Assembly (NCBI GenBank): GCA_040285745.1
Contig: JAUFOR010000001.1
Location: 248,001-312,000, forward strand
From: Barthelona sp. PCE
Lineage: Eukaryota
Direction: 5' to 3'
Length of the DNA: 64,000 nucleotides
Shown here piece by piece: positions 1-9,949 of the stretch (positions are counted from its first letter, which is position 1; each line of letters begins with the position of its first letter). The notes beneath the pieces were generated by a model, which saw nothing but the letters and a program-made list of their open reading frames with translations, did no database searches and was not told where the DNA came from. The position numbers were made by a program, and so were the translations under genes.

Positions 1-882
1 ATGAGTGATGTTTTACACTTTAAAGCGAACGATGCTGCTGTTTGCGGTCTTTCAACTTATACTATTATACCCATTCGCGGTATTGCACTAAACAGGGCTT
101 TTTTGAGGCAAAAGCTCTTGAGTTTCCGCACCAATGCGATCCATGGGCTTGGAATCAGGGAGAGCGACATCCCAAGTGTCGAGCAACTCGTTAAAAGGGC
201 AATTTCTTCAGCCAGCCAGTCATCTTATGATAATGCTCAATTAGTGATCATTGCATCACCAGGCGAGGCCAAATGGGGCATGTTTGGCGATCTGGGAACA
301 CCACACGTACTCATGAACGTTATTGATAACACAAGGTGTCCTAACACCATTTCACTTGGCACAGTTGCTGTGACTGATGAATACAAGGTCTCACATCGCA
401 AGAGCATGGAGCTGGGCTGGAACCGTCTCGTTGCACACCGTGTTCAGAAGGATGGGTACGATGATGCGCTTCTTTATTCAACTGATTATTGTGTTTTGCA
501 GGGAAGTCACAACAACGTGTTCTGGATTAAAGGGGACCAAGTCTTCACGCCAGAGATCATCCCGGGCTTGGTTTTTGACGGTATTAGCCGTTGTATTGTT
601 CAAACGATTTGTGAGAATCTCAACGTCGACTTTATTGAGAAAAAAGCAGTTGTTGAGGAGCTACAGCAGGCTGACGCTATCTTTATGGGGGAGTTCAAAC
701 CGGTAGACAGAGTTGATGGTGTTTTTATCACATCAAAGAATAATGCATTGTTTTCAGCATTGAATAATCATTATATCGAAGCTTATGCGTATCCGTCAGA
801 GACTACAGGCATTGGTAGCACGATGTTTGGTGAACAAAGCCTTCCTTCAATGGTCAAATGCGTTGAAGGTTTGGCAGAGTAA
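1..882 (+). CDS. Class IV PLP-dependent aminotransferase (branched-chain/D-amino acid aminotransferase-like), divergent; may extend left of the window
   Basis: Motifs GYDDALL, QGSHNNVFWIK..VFTP, DGISRCIV, EELQQADAIF match the fold-type IV pattern (G.DEAL, EG..SNIF, TP, GITR, EL..ADE.F). Confidence 0.75.
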   Translation: MSDVLHFKANDAAVCGLSTYTIIPIRGIALNRAFLRQKLLSFRTNAIHGLGIRESDIPSVEQLVKRAISSASQSSYDNAQLVIIASPGEAKWGMFGDLGTPHVLMNVIDNTRCPNTISLGTVAVTDEYKVSHRKSMELGWNRLVAHRVQKDGYDDALLYSTDYCVLQGSHNNVFWIKGDQVFTPEIIPGLVFDGISRCIVQTICENLNVDFIEKKAVVEELQQADAIFMGEFKPVDRVDGVFITSKNNALFSALNNHYIEAYAYPSETTGIGSTMFGEQSLPSMVKCVEGLAE

Positions 883-1099
883 ATATAATTATTGTCTAAC
901 AGGCGTGATTATGATACAAAGAATAATAATAAAGAGAGATAAAGTTTTAGTTTTGTTGGAGATGCAGGCATATTATACTAGTGTTTAAACTATTATTTAG
1001 AAGGGTAAAAGGTGCAAATCATGTCATCAAAAGTGTTTAAAGGATACATACACATAAATTTGTGCTTTAAGTATTGAAACCCAATTCATTTTGTAGAAT

Positions 1100-1564
1100 A
1101 TGGTTTCACCCTTTACCCTTGAGTCAGCTCATGAAGCTGTCGAAGTAGATCTACTGGACGATGAATTTTTGGCTGAATTAATTGATTCAGCTCAATATGC
1201 AGAGGAAAATGAAATCGAAGAGATTCCAGAGCTTTTATTAGAAAAATTGACAAACCTGCACCATATACTTGATGTGGGTGCAGAGGATTTTGACGAAGAA
1301 AAGTATGAGGAACTTAGATTTGTACTTCACAATGATACAACTGTTTTCATGGTGTATTCACTGCTTAGAATATCTTGTATTATGCATACAATCCATGAAG
1401 CGGCGCGGTGTCAGGATAACGAGATCATTGATGAGTTTAGTTATCTTCTCTTTTCATATGAAGATGTTTTGGAACCAAGTTTCCGTTCATTCTTTTCAAA
1501 AACAGGGTTTCCACAGCCTTCAAATTTCTTTTCTAAGTTAAAAGCAATTTCGGTGGAAGAATAG
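1100..1564 (+). CDS. Hypothetical acidic protein, 154 aa
   Basis: ATG-started ORF with protein-like E/D/L-rich composition in AT-rich surroundings; no recognised motif. Confidence 0.55.
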   Translation: MVSPFTLESAHEAVEVDLLDDEFLAELIDSAQYAEENEIEEIPELLLEKLTNLHHILDVGAEDFDEEKYEELRFVLHNDTTVFMVYSLLRISCIMHTIHEAARCQDNEIIDEFSYLLFSYEDVLEPSFRSFFSKTGFPQPSNFFSKLKAISVEE

Positions 1565-2210
1565 GCGTAGGCAAAACATTGCTTGTTTATTATTTGTGTA
1601 TCAGACTAATTTTTGTTTTTAACCGTTGTCACTAAGCTAAATGTGTAAATTTTCAAACGGGATATTGAGCAATTTTCGTTTCAGTTTGTACGCAGTTCTT
1701 CGGAATTTTATTTTTTGTTCTCTTTAAATGGTTTGGCTGTTATATACTCTTACAATGTTATGTTTAAGATGTGCAAACCATGTTTTTACATCAATATGAA
1801 AGTAAACTTTCTGTTGTTAACAATGTGACGATGTTATACATTATTATGCATTACTAAGAGGCATACAATAGTTCTAAAATGCAAATTACAGGTGATATTA
1901 GTAGATTAAACTGAAGTTAGATAACCTCCATTTTCAACCTTTGTGTATTAATATAATTTGAGCTTTACCTGTCTATAAAGCGGAGTTAAATAAGAAGTTA
2001 ACGAAATATACGCTACTTATTAAAATTTTTTGCAAAGCTCTAATGAATTTGGGACATCTTTCGGTACAAACCTATTAGTACAATTTTACATGTGTCAAAG
2101 CTGAGTAAAGTCGAGGTCATAGCAGGCAAGAAGTGTGAGAATGTTGTCCAAACTCAACCACTCCTACTTTGTCTTTTTTCTAGCTTTTAAGTTTTTAAAG
2201 GAATTTAGTC

Positions 2211-4856
2211 ATGCCGAACTTCACCGTTGAAGAGCTTTTAGCTCAAATGAGGTATGCATACCTTCCAACGAGCTTCAAATATTCACAACCCATTTTTTTT
2301 TAACTTGTGTTTGTGATTTAGTTCGTTTACCACACTGAACATGCTCACACCTAGTCAACGCGATACTATCCGTTCACTTTCCGTTATTGCACACGTCGAT
2401 CGTATGGATTTATTTTTTTAGAGACGAAAAACTTATATTTAGACGGTAAGTCCACCCTTACCGATTCCCTCGTCGCACGTGCTGGTATCATCGCCGATCA
2501 GAACGCCGGTGAGGCCCGTCACACTGACACCCGTAAGGATGAGCAGGAGCGTGGTATTACCATCAAGAGTACCGGTATTTCTATGTTCTTCGAGTACAAG
2601 AAGCACGGTGAGGACGATGAGAAGGGTTACTTGATTAACCTTGTCGATTCTCCTGGTCACGTTGATTTCTCTTCTGAAGTCACTGCTGCCCTCCGTATCA
2701 CCGATGGTGCTCTTGTTGTTGTTGATGCTATCTCTGGTGTTTCTGTCCAGACTGAGACCGTCCTTCGTCAAGCCCTTTCTGAGCGTGTTCGTCCCGTTCT
2801 TATGCTTAACAAGCTCGATCGTGTCTTCCTTGAGACCAAGCTTCCCCCGGAGGAGGCTTACCAGTCTTTCAACAAGAACATCGAGAACATCAACGTCCTT
2901 ATCTCTACCTACGGTGATCCCGCCGTTGGTAACCACACCTGTGACCCCCGTGATGGTACCGTTGCCTTTGGTGCCGGTCTCCACGGTTGGGGTTTCACCC
3001 TTACTCACTTTGCTGAGATGTATGCTGCCCGTTTCGGTATTCCTTTCGAGAAGATGATGACCCGTCTTTGGGGCAACAACTTCTTCGATGCCAAGGCCAA
3101 GAAGTGGCGTAAGCGCGCTCAGGAGGGTATCCAGCGTGCCTTCTGTCAGTTCATCCTTGACCCCATCTACCGTGTTTTCAACGCATGCATGGGTGAGGAT
3201 AACACTGCCCTTGATCGTATGATCCCCGTCTTTGGTATCGATCTCACTCCTCAGGAGCGTGCCTTGACCTCCAAGCCCCTTCTTAAGACCGTTATGCGTA
3301 AGTGGCTCAACGCTGCCGACGCTCTTCTTGAGATGATTGTCCTCCACCTTCCTTCTCCCGTCGTCGCCCAGAAGTACCGTGCTGAACACCTCTACACTGG
3401 TCCCCACGATGATGAGTGTTATCAGGCCATTGCTAACTGTGACCCCAACGGTCCCGTTATGGTTTACATCTCCAAGATGATTCCTTCCGGTGATGGTTCC
3501 CGTTTCACCTGTTTCGGTCGTGTCTTTTCTGGTACCGTCCGTTCTGGTCAGCGTGTCCGTATCCTCGGTACTGATTACAACCCTGAGGTTTCCAACAAGG
3601 ATCACTGTGATGTCAAGAACGTCCAGCGTACCTGTATTATGATGGGTAAGATCAACGAGGCTGTGTCTGCCATTCCTTGTGGTAACACTTGCGGTCTTGT
3701 CGGTATTGATCAGGTCCTCAAGAAGACCGGTACAATCACCACTTCTGATGTCGCCTATCCTATCAAGACCATGAAGTTCTCTGTCTCACCCGTTGTGCGT
3801 GTCGCCGTCGAGTGTAAGAACACTTCTGATCTTCCTAAATTGATTGCCGGTCTCGACCGTCTCTCCAAGTCCGATCCTTGTGTCCAGATTACCGTCTCCG
3901 AGGGTAACGAGCACATTGTCGCTGGTGCTGGTGAGCTCCACATTGAGATCTGTATCAAGGATCTTCGTGAGGATTACGCTGGTGTTCCTCTCATCGTCTC
4001 TGAGCCCGTCGTCTCTTTCCGTGAGACCATCAAGGGTGAATCCGAGCGTGAGTGTCTTGCCAAGTCCGCTAACAAGCACAACCGTCTCCACGTCATTGCT
4101 AAGGAGCTTCCTGAGGAGGTCGTCAACGCCCTCTGTGACAAGAAGATCAACCTTCGTCTTGACCCCAAGACTCGTGCCAAGTTCATGGCTGACGAGTACG
4201 GTTACGATGTCGAGCTCGGCCGTGGTATCTTTGGTTTCGGTCCCGACTCCCGTGGTCCTAATGTTATTATTGATTCCACCAAGGGTGTTCAGTACCTTAA
4301 CGAGACCAAGGAAACCATCAACGCCGGTTTCCAACTCGCTACCCGTGCCGGTCCTCTTTGTGAGGAGCCTGTTCAGGGTGTTGAGTGGCATCTTCTTGAT
4401 GCTACTTTCCACGGAGATGCTATGCACCGTGGTGGTTCCCAGGTTACTCCTGCTGCTCGTCGTGTCCTTTGCGGTTCTATGATCTGCGCTGAGCCTACTC
4501 TCCTCGAGCCTTTCTATCTCGCTGAGATCACTGTTCCCCAGGGTTACATCTCTGCTTGTTACAACGTTCTCATGCAGCGTCGTGCTGAAATCCTCGGTGA
4601 GGATCCTTCAGGCCGTGGTGATCTGACCAAGCTTTCTGCTTTGATCCCCGTCCTTGAGTCTTTCGGTGTCGATCGTGCTCTCCGTCAAGCTACCTCCGGT
4701 TACGCTTTCTGTCAGCTCGTCTTCGATCGTTGGGCCAAGCTCAACTCCAACGCTACTGAGGAAGGTTCCAAGGCTAACGAGCTTGCCATGGCCACCCGTC
4801 AACGTAAGGAGATTGGTGAGATCAGAGGTCTTAGCTACTGGACCGACCGTATGTAG
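2211..4856 (+). CDS. EEF2: Translation elongation factor 2; exons 2211-2251, 2355-2401, 2443-4856
   Basis: Spliced N-terminus [39 protein letters not shown], then RGITIKST, DSPGHVDFSSEV, NKLD, GAGELH and diphthamide loop DAMHRGG; strong C/T-ending codon bias. Confidence 0.97.
2252..2354 (+). other. Spliceosomal intron 1 of EEF2 (103 nt)
   Basis: GTATGC...GCTCACACCTAG; removal joins AG|T (Ser) and restores the eEF2 N-terminus. Confidence 0.9.
2402..2442 (+). other. Spliceosomal intron 2 of EEF2 (41 nt)
   Basis: GTATGG...ACTTATATTTAG; removal joins C|AC and restores the invariant AHVDHGKS G1 motif. Confidence 0.96.
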
Positions 4857-4922
4857 ATTTGAACGTCTAAATAAATTACATTGAAAATAGTTTCAAATTG
4901 ATACAAGAATTTATTGTAGTTT

Positions 4923-7184
4923 CTACTCTTCTTTCTCGACACGATCAATCATGGTGATGGCATCAGCGGGACAGTAAAGTTTGGCACAAATACCACAACC
5001 AATACACTTATCCTCGTTGGTAACGAGCATTCTTTGCTTGTTACGAACAATAGCAAGATAAGGACATCTGGTACAGTTTCCGCAGTTAATACACTCATCA
5101 TTGTTAACCAAAGAAATGCGCTTGACACCGGTGAGGTCCATAAAGTCAGTGATAGGTTCGGGAGCAGCACGACCAATAAATGAGTCAATGTCGCTGATAT
5201 TGAGCTCTTGGAACATATGGCTGAGACCACTGCAAAGATCCTTAACGATGTTAACACCGGAGTGATAAGCTATTGAGCAGAATTGAAGTCCGCCCTTGAC
5301 ACCTAAAGCGAGGAAATCAGCACAGTCGCGGTAGTTCATGAGACCACCATTACCAGAGATGGTAACACCAAGATTAATGACGCTGGCCAGTGACAGGCAG
5401 GAGATGGGGAAGACGCCTGATCCGTGCATACCGGTGGTTCTGGCTTCGAACCAACCGTTGGGGTTGAACTTGACGGGGTCACGGTTGAAACCAAGAGAGG
5501 GGAATGAGTTGGCGAGTGTGACGGCTGGTTGTTTCTCGGGGTACTTGTCAAAAACGGCCTTAAGTGCTTTGATGATCGTGGCAATTGAAGTAACGGCAGC
5601 GGTGAGTTTGAAAATCTTGGGGACTTCGGGCTTTGAAGCTTCGAGAATCCAATCAACAATCTGGGCTGCCTTTCTGGCGCTTTGGGATACAATATTGCCT
5701 TCAGAACCATCACCTCCCTGTGGACAACTGAGGGAGTATTCGACGGCGTGACATCCGCTGTCGTCAAGCATACGGGTATTGCGTTGCCATCCTGCCTTGT
5801 CGAACTCGGGATCGCCAGTAACAGGACCACCAGTAGCACCAATGATGATACGATCCGGGAACTTCTCTCTTAAAATCTTGATTTCCTCAATGACGCGCGT
5901 GAGGGGATGATGACTGACGTTGTCACAGTTACCATACGTACCATCGTCGAACATGTGCATGTACTCGTTAGGGATATGTATGTCGACCTCATGGAATGCG
6001 GTCTTTAAGACAACACCTCCCCATCCTGCGCGGAGACCCTTCATACAGGGCTCTAAGCCGTCAGAGAAAGGTGATGCGCTGAGGATGAAGGGGTTCACCA
6101 TCTTGTGACCGAAGAAAGAACACTCCAGGGACACAGGCATCTCATCATAAAGATCCATGGTTTGACGGGCACGCAGCTTGCCAACACCCTTTGACTTCAT
6201 GAAATCACCAGCAATCTTCTTTCCAAAGGCAACTGCCTCAACAACGCTACCATTCTTGTTCTTCTCAAGAGATAAGCAGTCAATCTTGATCTCAGCACAT
6301 GGAGGCATGTGATAAGCAATGGCAATTCTGAGCTTCTTCAAAACTTCGAGATATTGAGTAGGCAGCTCCAACTCCTCACCCTCAGGAACTACAATAACTG
6401 TCTTGTTGCCCAGCTGATAAGAGCGGACGGCGACGTCAAATGTGACATGGGTGTAACCAAAAACTGCAACGTGGTTTTCAACCTTTGGTGCTGTTTCGAA
6501 GAAGGTGAAGGGAGTCATGTGCTCCTCCAGGAAGTCAGTGCGGGGGTTAGTGGCATCGATTTTATCGGTCATGGCCTCGGCCTCTTCCTCGTTGATTACT
6601 TCAACAAGGGGATGCTCTAAAACGGCAGAAATATCAGCGGTGCGGATTTCGGCAGGGAGGCGGTATTCAGGAATCATGTTCATACCTCCACCGAGAGTTT
6701 TGGCAGAGATGCGTGCTGGGACACCTTGGGAAGCAAGAGCAGCAGCAGCGCTGATAGCAGCGGGACCACCACCGATGACACAGACGGGTTCCTCCACAAC
6801 GGGCTCAACGGTTTTGTACTCAAGACCAAGCTGACGGGCTCTGTGTACAATGGTGGCTTGAATACGAGGAATGTCAACTGGAGTACCCAAATTCTTCCTT
6901 ACGCACTTCTTGACGCAGAACTCGTCAAGACAGACGGCTCCACATATTCCACCAAGTGGGTTTTTGTTTAAAATAAGCTTTGCGGCCCTAATGTAGTCAC
7001 TATCACGGCCCATCTTGATAGAACGAATCATATCACGGGGGTTAATGCCGACAGGGCATCCTGCAGTACATTTGGGGGCTTCACAATTGAGACAGCTCTT
7101 AATTGCTTCATTAAAAGCACCTGGGCTTAAGATTGCGGGAGAAGTGTTGGTGGAGGAGAAAATATCTTCAATATCAATAAGCAT
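4923..7184 (-). CDS. Dihydropyrimidine dehydrogenase-like Fe-S flavoprotein (PreT-PreA type fusion)
   Basis: N-terminal CLNC..PKCTAGCP and NPLGGICGAVC clusters, IGGGPA FAD motif, FMN barrel (NPFILSASP, GWGGVVLKT, LSCPQG, ISGNGG), C-terminal 2x[4Fe-4S] CINCGNC / CIGCGIC. Confidence 0.88.
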   Translation of the reverse strand: MLIDIEDIFSSTNTSPAILSPGAFNEAIKSCLNCEAPKCTAGCPVGINPRDMIRSIKMGRDSDYIRAAKLILNKNPLGGICGAVCLDEFCVKKCVRKNLGTPVDIPRIQATIVHRARQLGLEYKTVEPVVEEPVCVIGGGPAAISAAAALASQGVPARISAKTLGGGMNMIPEYRLPAEIRTADISAVLEHPLVEVINEEEAEAMTDKIDATNPRTDFLEEHMTPFTFFETAPKVENHVAVFGYTHVTFDVAVRSYQLGNKTVIVVPEGEELELPTQYLEVLKKLRIAIAYHMPPCAEIKIDCLSLEKNKNGSVVEAVAFGKKIAGDFMKSKGVGKLRARQTMDLYDEMPVSLECSFFGHKMVNPFILSASPFSDGLEPCMKGLRAGWGGVVLKTAFHEVDIHIPNEYMHMFDDGTYGNCDNVSHHPLTRVIEEIKILREKFPDRIIIGATGGPVTGDPEFDKAGWQRNTRMLDDSGCHAVEYSLSCPQGGDGSEGNIVSQSARKAAQIVDWILEASKPEVPKIFKLTAAVTSIATIIKALKAVFDKYPEKQPAVTLANSFPSLGFNRDPVKFNPNGWFEARTTGMHGSGVFPISCLSLASVINLGVTISGNGGLMNYRDCADFLALGVKGGLQFCSIAYHSGVNIVKDLCSGLSHMFQELNISDIDSFIGRAAPEPITDFMDLTGVKRISLVNNDECINCGNCTRCPYLAIVRNKQRMLVTNEDKCIGCGICAKLYCPADAITMIDRVEKEE

Positions 7185-7338
7185 GTGTATTTAAGGTTGT
7201 TTGAAAGGTGAAAAACAACTGAAAAGGGATAGAAAAGGTGTAATGATAAGAGGCTGTTGATGTTGTTTTAAAGGGAAGTGCATCGTTTTAACAGAGCGGA
7301 TTGTGATCTAAGAGCACAGATGATAGCTGAATATCTGT

Positions 7339-7557
7339 CTAATATGAACTTAGGGGGTTGCAGAATTTTTTTGTTGGGTTTCGCTCATCTTTATAGGAAA
7401 TTTGCATTGTTTTATTGGCTAATCTAAGCTTTATTGGTACTTTTCGAGCAAGGTTAAGTTGTCTGGATCGCTGGAATAGAGCATAGCGAGAATTTGTTGA
7501 ATATTTTAAGCAGGAACATTGGCTAAAAATGTAAACAACTAATATGAATACGATCAT
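7339..7557 (-). CDS. Possible small secreted/basic protein, 72 aa
   Basis: ATG start, signal-peptide-like N-terminus (MIVFILVVYIFSQCSC); fills the gap between two same-strand genes; no homology recognised. Confidence 0.3.
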   Translation of the reverse strand: MIVFILVVYIFSQCSCLKYSTNSRYALFQRSRQLNLARKVPIKLRLANKTMQISYKDERNPTKKFCNPLSSY

Positions 7558-7595
7558 TTATTGTGTCTATATGCACTCATGCACACGTACAATGC

Positions 7596-8630
7596 CTACT
7601 CTTCAGTTTTTTGCAATTTCAAGGGAAGACCTTCAGCTTCAGCAGCAGCTTCAGCTTCTCTCATCCTTTCTTGTTGCCTGGCACGCTCCTCATCCATGTC
7701 ACTGATGTAACGGTGATAGATTGTGTTGCCATCAAGTAAACCATCCAAAATCTTGATTAACTCCAAACTAATACGTGGGCCTATCTCAACCAACCTTATT
7801 CTCTGATTCTTTTGGTTAATTTTGATCGATGGCTTGGGCATCTTGTCCGACTCATCCTCTGTTTCTGTTTCAACGTCTGTAGTATCAAATTCAGCATCAT
7901 AATCAAAATTGGGGTTATGCTCCAAGAAATCTTCAAATGAGTCAAACTTCCCAAGATAATCAGCCTTCTTCTTGAGCTTCCTCTCCAAAAAGGTTTCTTC
8001 GTCCTCCAAACGTACTGCATAGTGTCTCATCTCGATTAAGTCAGTCTCAGCATTGCGCTGAAAAAGAACAACTCGTTGGCATGCGCTAATTGAGATCTCA
8101 TTTACCTTGATTGGCGGGAAACTGTTCTGTATGGTCCTGGAGACGATTGCAAGCACGTCTTCCGACATTCTAATGTAACCATCAGTTTTGCCTTTGAACA
8201 CTTGCCTCCTCTTAAACCCATTAAGAATGCACAGGGCGGGTGTGATGTATCTGGTTGAGCCCAAAACAGGACGCTTCTGTGATCTAGCGATATCAGACAT
8301 ATTACTGTATTGTTTAACACGGAAAATCAAGCTAGGTCCATCCTGTAAGCGTAAGAATTTTAGAGTGGCGCCTTCCCGTGGTGTGGACAGTACCAACATA
8401 TGTGAAATCTTAAGTGGAACACTGAGTTTAACAAGATCGTTCAGTGTATTGCTTTTGCGAAACTTTAAGTTAGTTGCTGTTCGTGGCTCCCACACTCTAC
8501 GTAGGTTTCCCATTAAATCTTTTAGTTCTGGAGCACATTTTCCTCTAACGATGATAACAGTTCTTGGGCCCTCGTCTTCTTCAATAACATCCCTCACATG
8601 CGTTCGCTTCTTTCTGTGTCTAAGTGACAT
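7596..8630 (-). CDS. PPAN: Brix-domain ribosome biogenesis protein Ssf1/Peter Pan
   Basis: RKKRTHV N-terminus, LRRVWEPRTATNL, GPSLIFRVKQYS, IEMRHY, IRLVEIGPRISLELIKI. Confidence 0.92.
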   Translation of the reverse strand: MSLRHRKKRTHVRDVIEEDEGPRTVIIVRGKCAPELKDLMGNLRRVWEPRTATNLKFRKSNTLNDLVKLSVPLKISHMLVLSTPREGATLKFLRLQDGPSLIFRVKQYSNMSDIARSQKRPVLGSTRYITPALCILNGFKRRQVFKGKTDGYIRMSEDVLAIVSRTIQNSFPPIKVNEISISACQRVVLFQRNAETDLIEMRHYAVRLEDEETFLERKLKKKADYLGKFDSFEDFLEHNPNFDYDAEFDTTDVETETEDESDKMPKPSIKINQKNQRIRLVEIGPRISLELIKILDGLLDGNTIYHRYISDMDEERARQQERMREAEAAAEAEGLPLKLQKTEE

Positions 8631-8934
8631 TGCTAAAAAACACTGATATGGGTGAAATTTAGGATATGTTGGCGATTCTTTATGAAATTTCTCGAGGAAT
8701 GGGACGCATAAGTCTAATCAGATGTATTAACCACAGTACAGTGTGAAAACTGCACTAAACAATTACAGAACCCTACAAAACACAATCTAACCCTTTTGTT
8801 TTTACAGGGCGGCAATTTTTGTTGTAACCACTTGGATTAACCACACCTTTTTGTTTTTGCTATCTTTATTTGTTTAGGCAGTTTTTACTATTCTTAATTT
8901 TTTTTACCTTTCGTTGCTTAACTTTTATATCTAA

Positions 8935-9933
8935 ATGTCCGAAGAAAACGAAATACCAATCGAAGAAACCACGATCTCTGAAGAAGTTGTTGAGGAACAA
9001 GAACATATTGAAGAAACTATTTCTGACGAACCAGCTCCTATCGAAGAAGCTGAGCATGAACCTGTTCAAGAAGACGAAGAGGTTACCGAGCACCCAGTCG
9101 CAGTCCTGTATATTATGAATTTTGCGGAGAAGGATCGAAATTTTTTGACCAAGTACTTCAGCGATTTCGGTAAAGTACTGAACATTGATTTTAAAGTAAG
9201 AAACGACGGTATCCCTTACTGCTTTGTTCATTTGAAGCCGGATGATGATCCGGAACTGATTTATGGAGAGCATTCCGTGGAGGACCGTTTTTTCGAGGTC
9301 AAGCCGTATGTGCGTTCTTCAGGTCCTTCATCTGTTCATGTTTCTTACGAACGCGCGCCATCGGAGACGGATCTTATGGAGGCATTCAGTGTCTTTGGGG
9401 AAGTTTCTTTCATTTATCTAAGTCGCAATTTCGCAAGAGTTCGTTTTGACACAAGAGAACCAGCGGAAGAGGCTATCCGTTTGGGAAAGGTCACAATCAA
9501 CGGCGAGGTAATGGGTGTCAAACCGTGGCATGGTTTCAAGGAGGAAGACCGAGTGCAAACGCATCAGACTTATCCTGTGCTTCCCAACTCATCATCTAAT
9601 GCATCTCCGTTTGTATACAACCAGCCACAGCAGCCTATTGCACAGGAGGTTCCGCCTCCGCCAATGGACATGCCAATGGAAGTGCGTATGGCCTACCAGA
9701 CTTACATGAACTGGTATTCCTATGCTCAACGTCCTCATCATGTACAGCCACAACCTCAGCATCATCATCATCATCACCAACAGCCCCAGTACAATAGATA
9801 TAGTCAACCACAGCACCATCACCATCATGCGGCACCTCAGCATGCTACGTATCAACCTGTCATGCCAGTCCAGGCACCTGTTCATCAGTGGGGAGGATAT
9901 CCAAAGACTTGGGGGAATGATTATCATCGTTAA
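8935..9933 (+). CDS. RNA-binding protein with two RRMs, acidic N-terminus and P/Q/H-rich tail
   Basis: YFSDFGKV...YCFVHL and AFSVFGEV...NFARVRF RNP-like motifs. Confidence 0.8.
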   Translation: MSEENEIPIEETTISEEVVEEQEHIEETISDEPAPIEEAEHEPVQEDEEVTEHPVAVLYIMNFAEKDRNFLTKYFSDFGKVLNIDFKVRNDGIPYCFVHLKPDDDPELIYGEHSVEDRFFEVKPYVRSSGPSSVHVSYERAPSETDLMEAFSVFGEVSFIYLSRNFARVRFDTREPAEEAIRLGKVTINGEVMGVKPWHGFKEEDRVQTHQTYPVLPNSSSNASPFVYNQPQQPIAQEVPPPPMDMPMEVRMAYQTYMNWYSYAQRPHHVQPQPQHHHHHHQQPQYNRYSQPQHHHHHAAPQHATYQPVMPVQAPVHQWGGYPKTWGNDYHR

Positions 9934-9949
9934 TAAAGTTTATTTTCCT

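Noticed and set aside
2311-2338. Possible C/D snoRNA in EEF2 intron 1 (GTGATT...CTGA)
   Set aside because: No proper RUGAUGA box C near the 5' end, and the CTGA is adjacent to the branch site
2439-4427. Long antisense ORFs (388 aa, 213 aa) opposite EEF2, and 48073-48633 opposite RPS3A
   Set aside because: Shadow ORFs: strong codon bias avoids TTA/CTA/TCA and so removes stops on the reverse strand; no protein motifs
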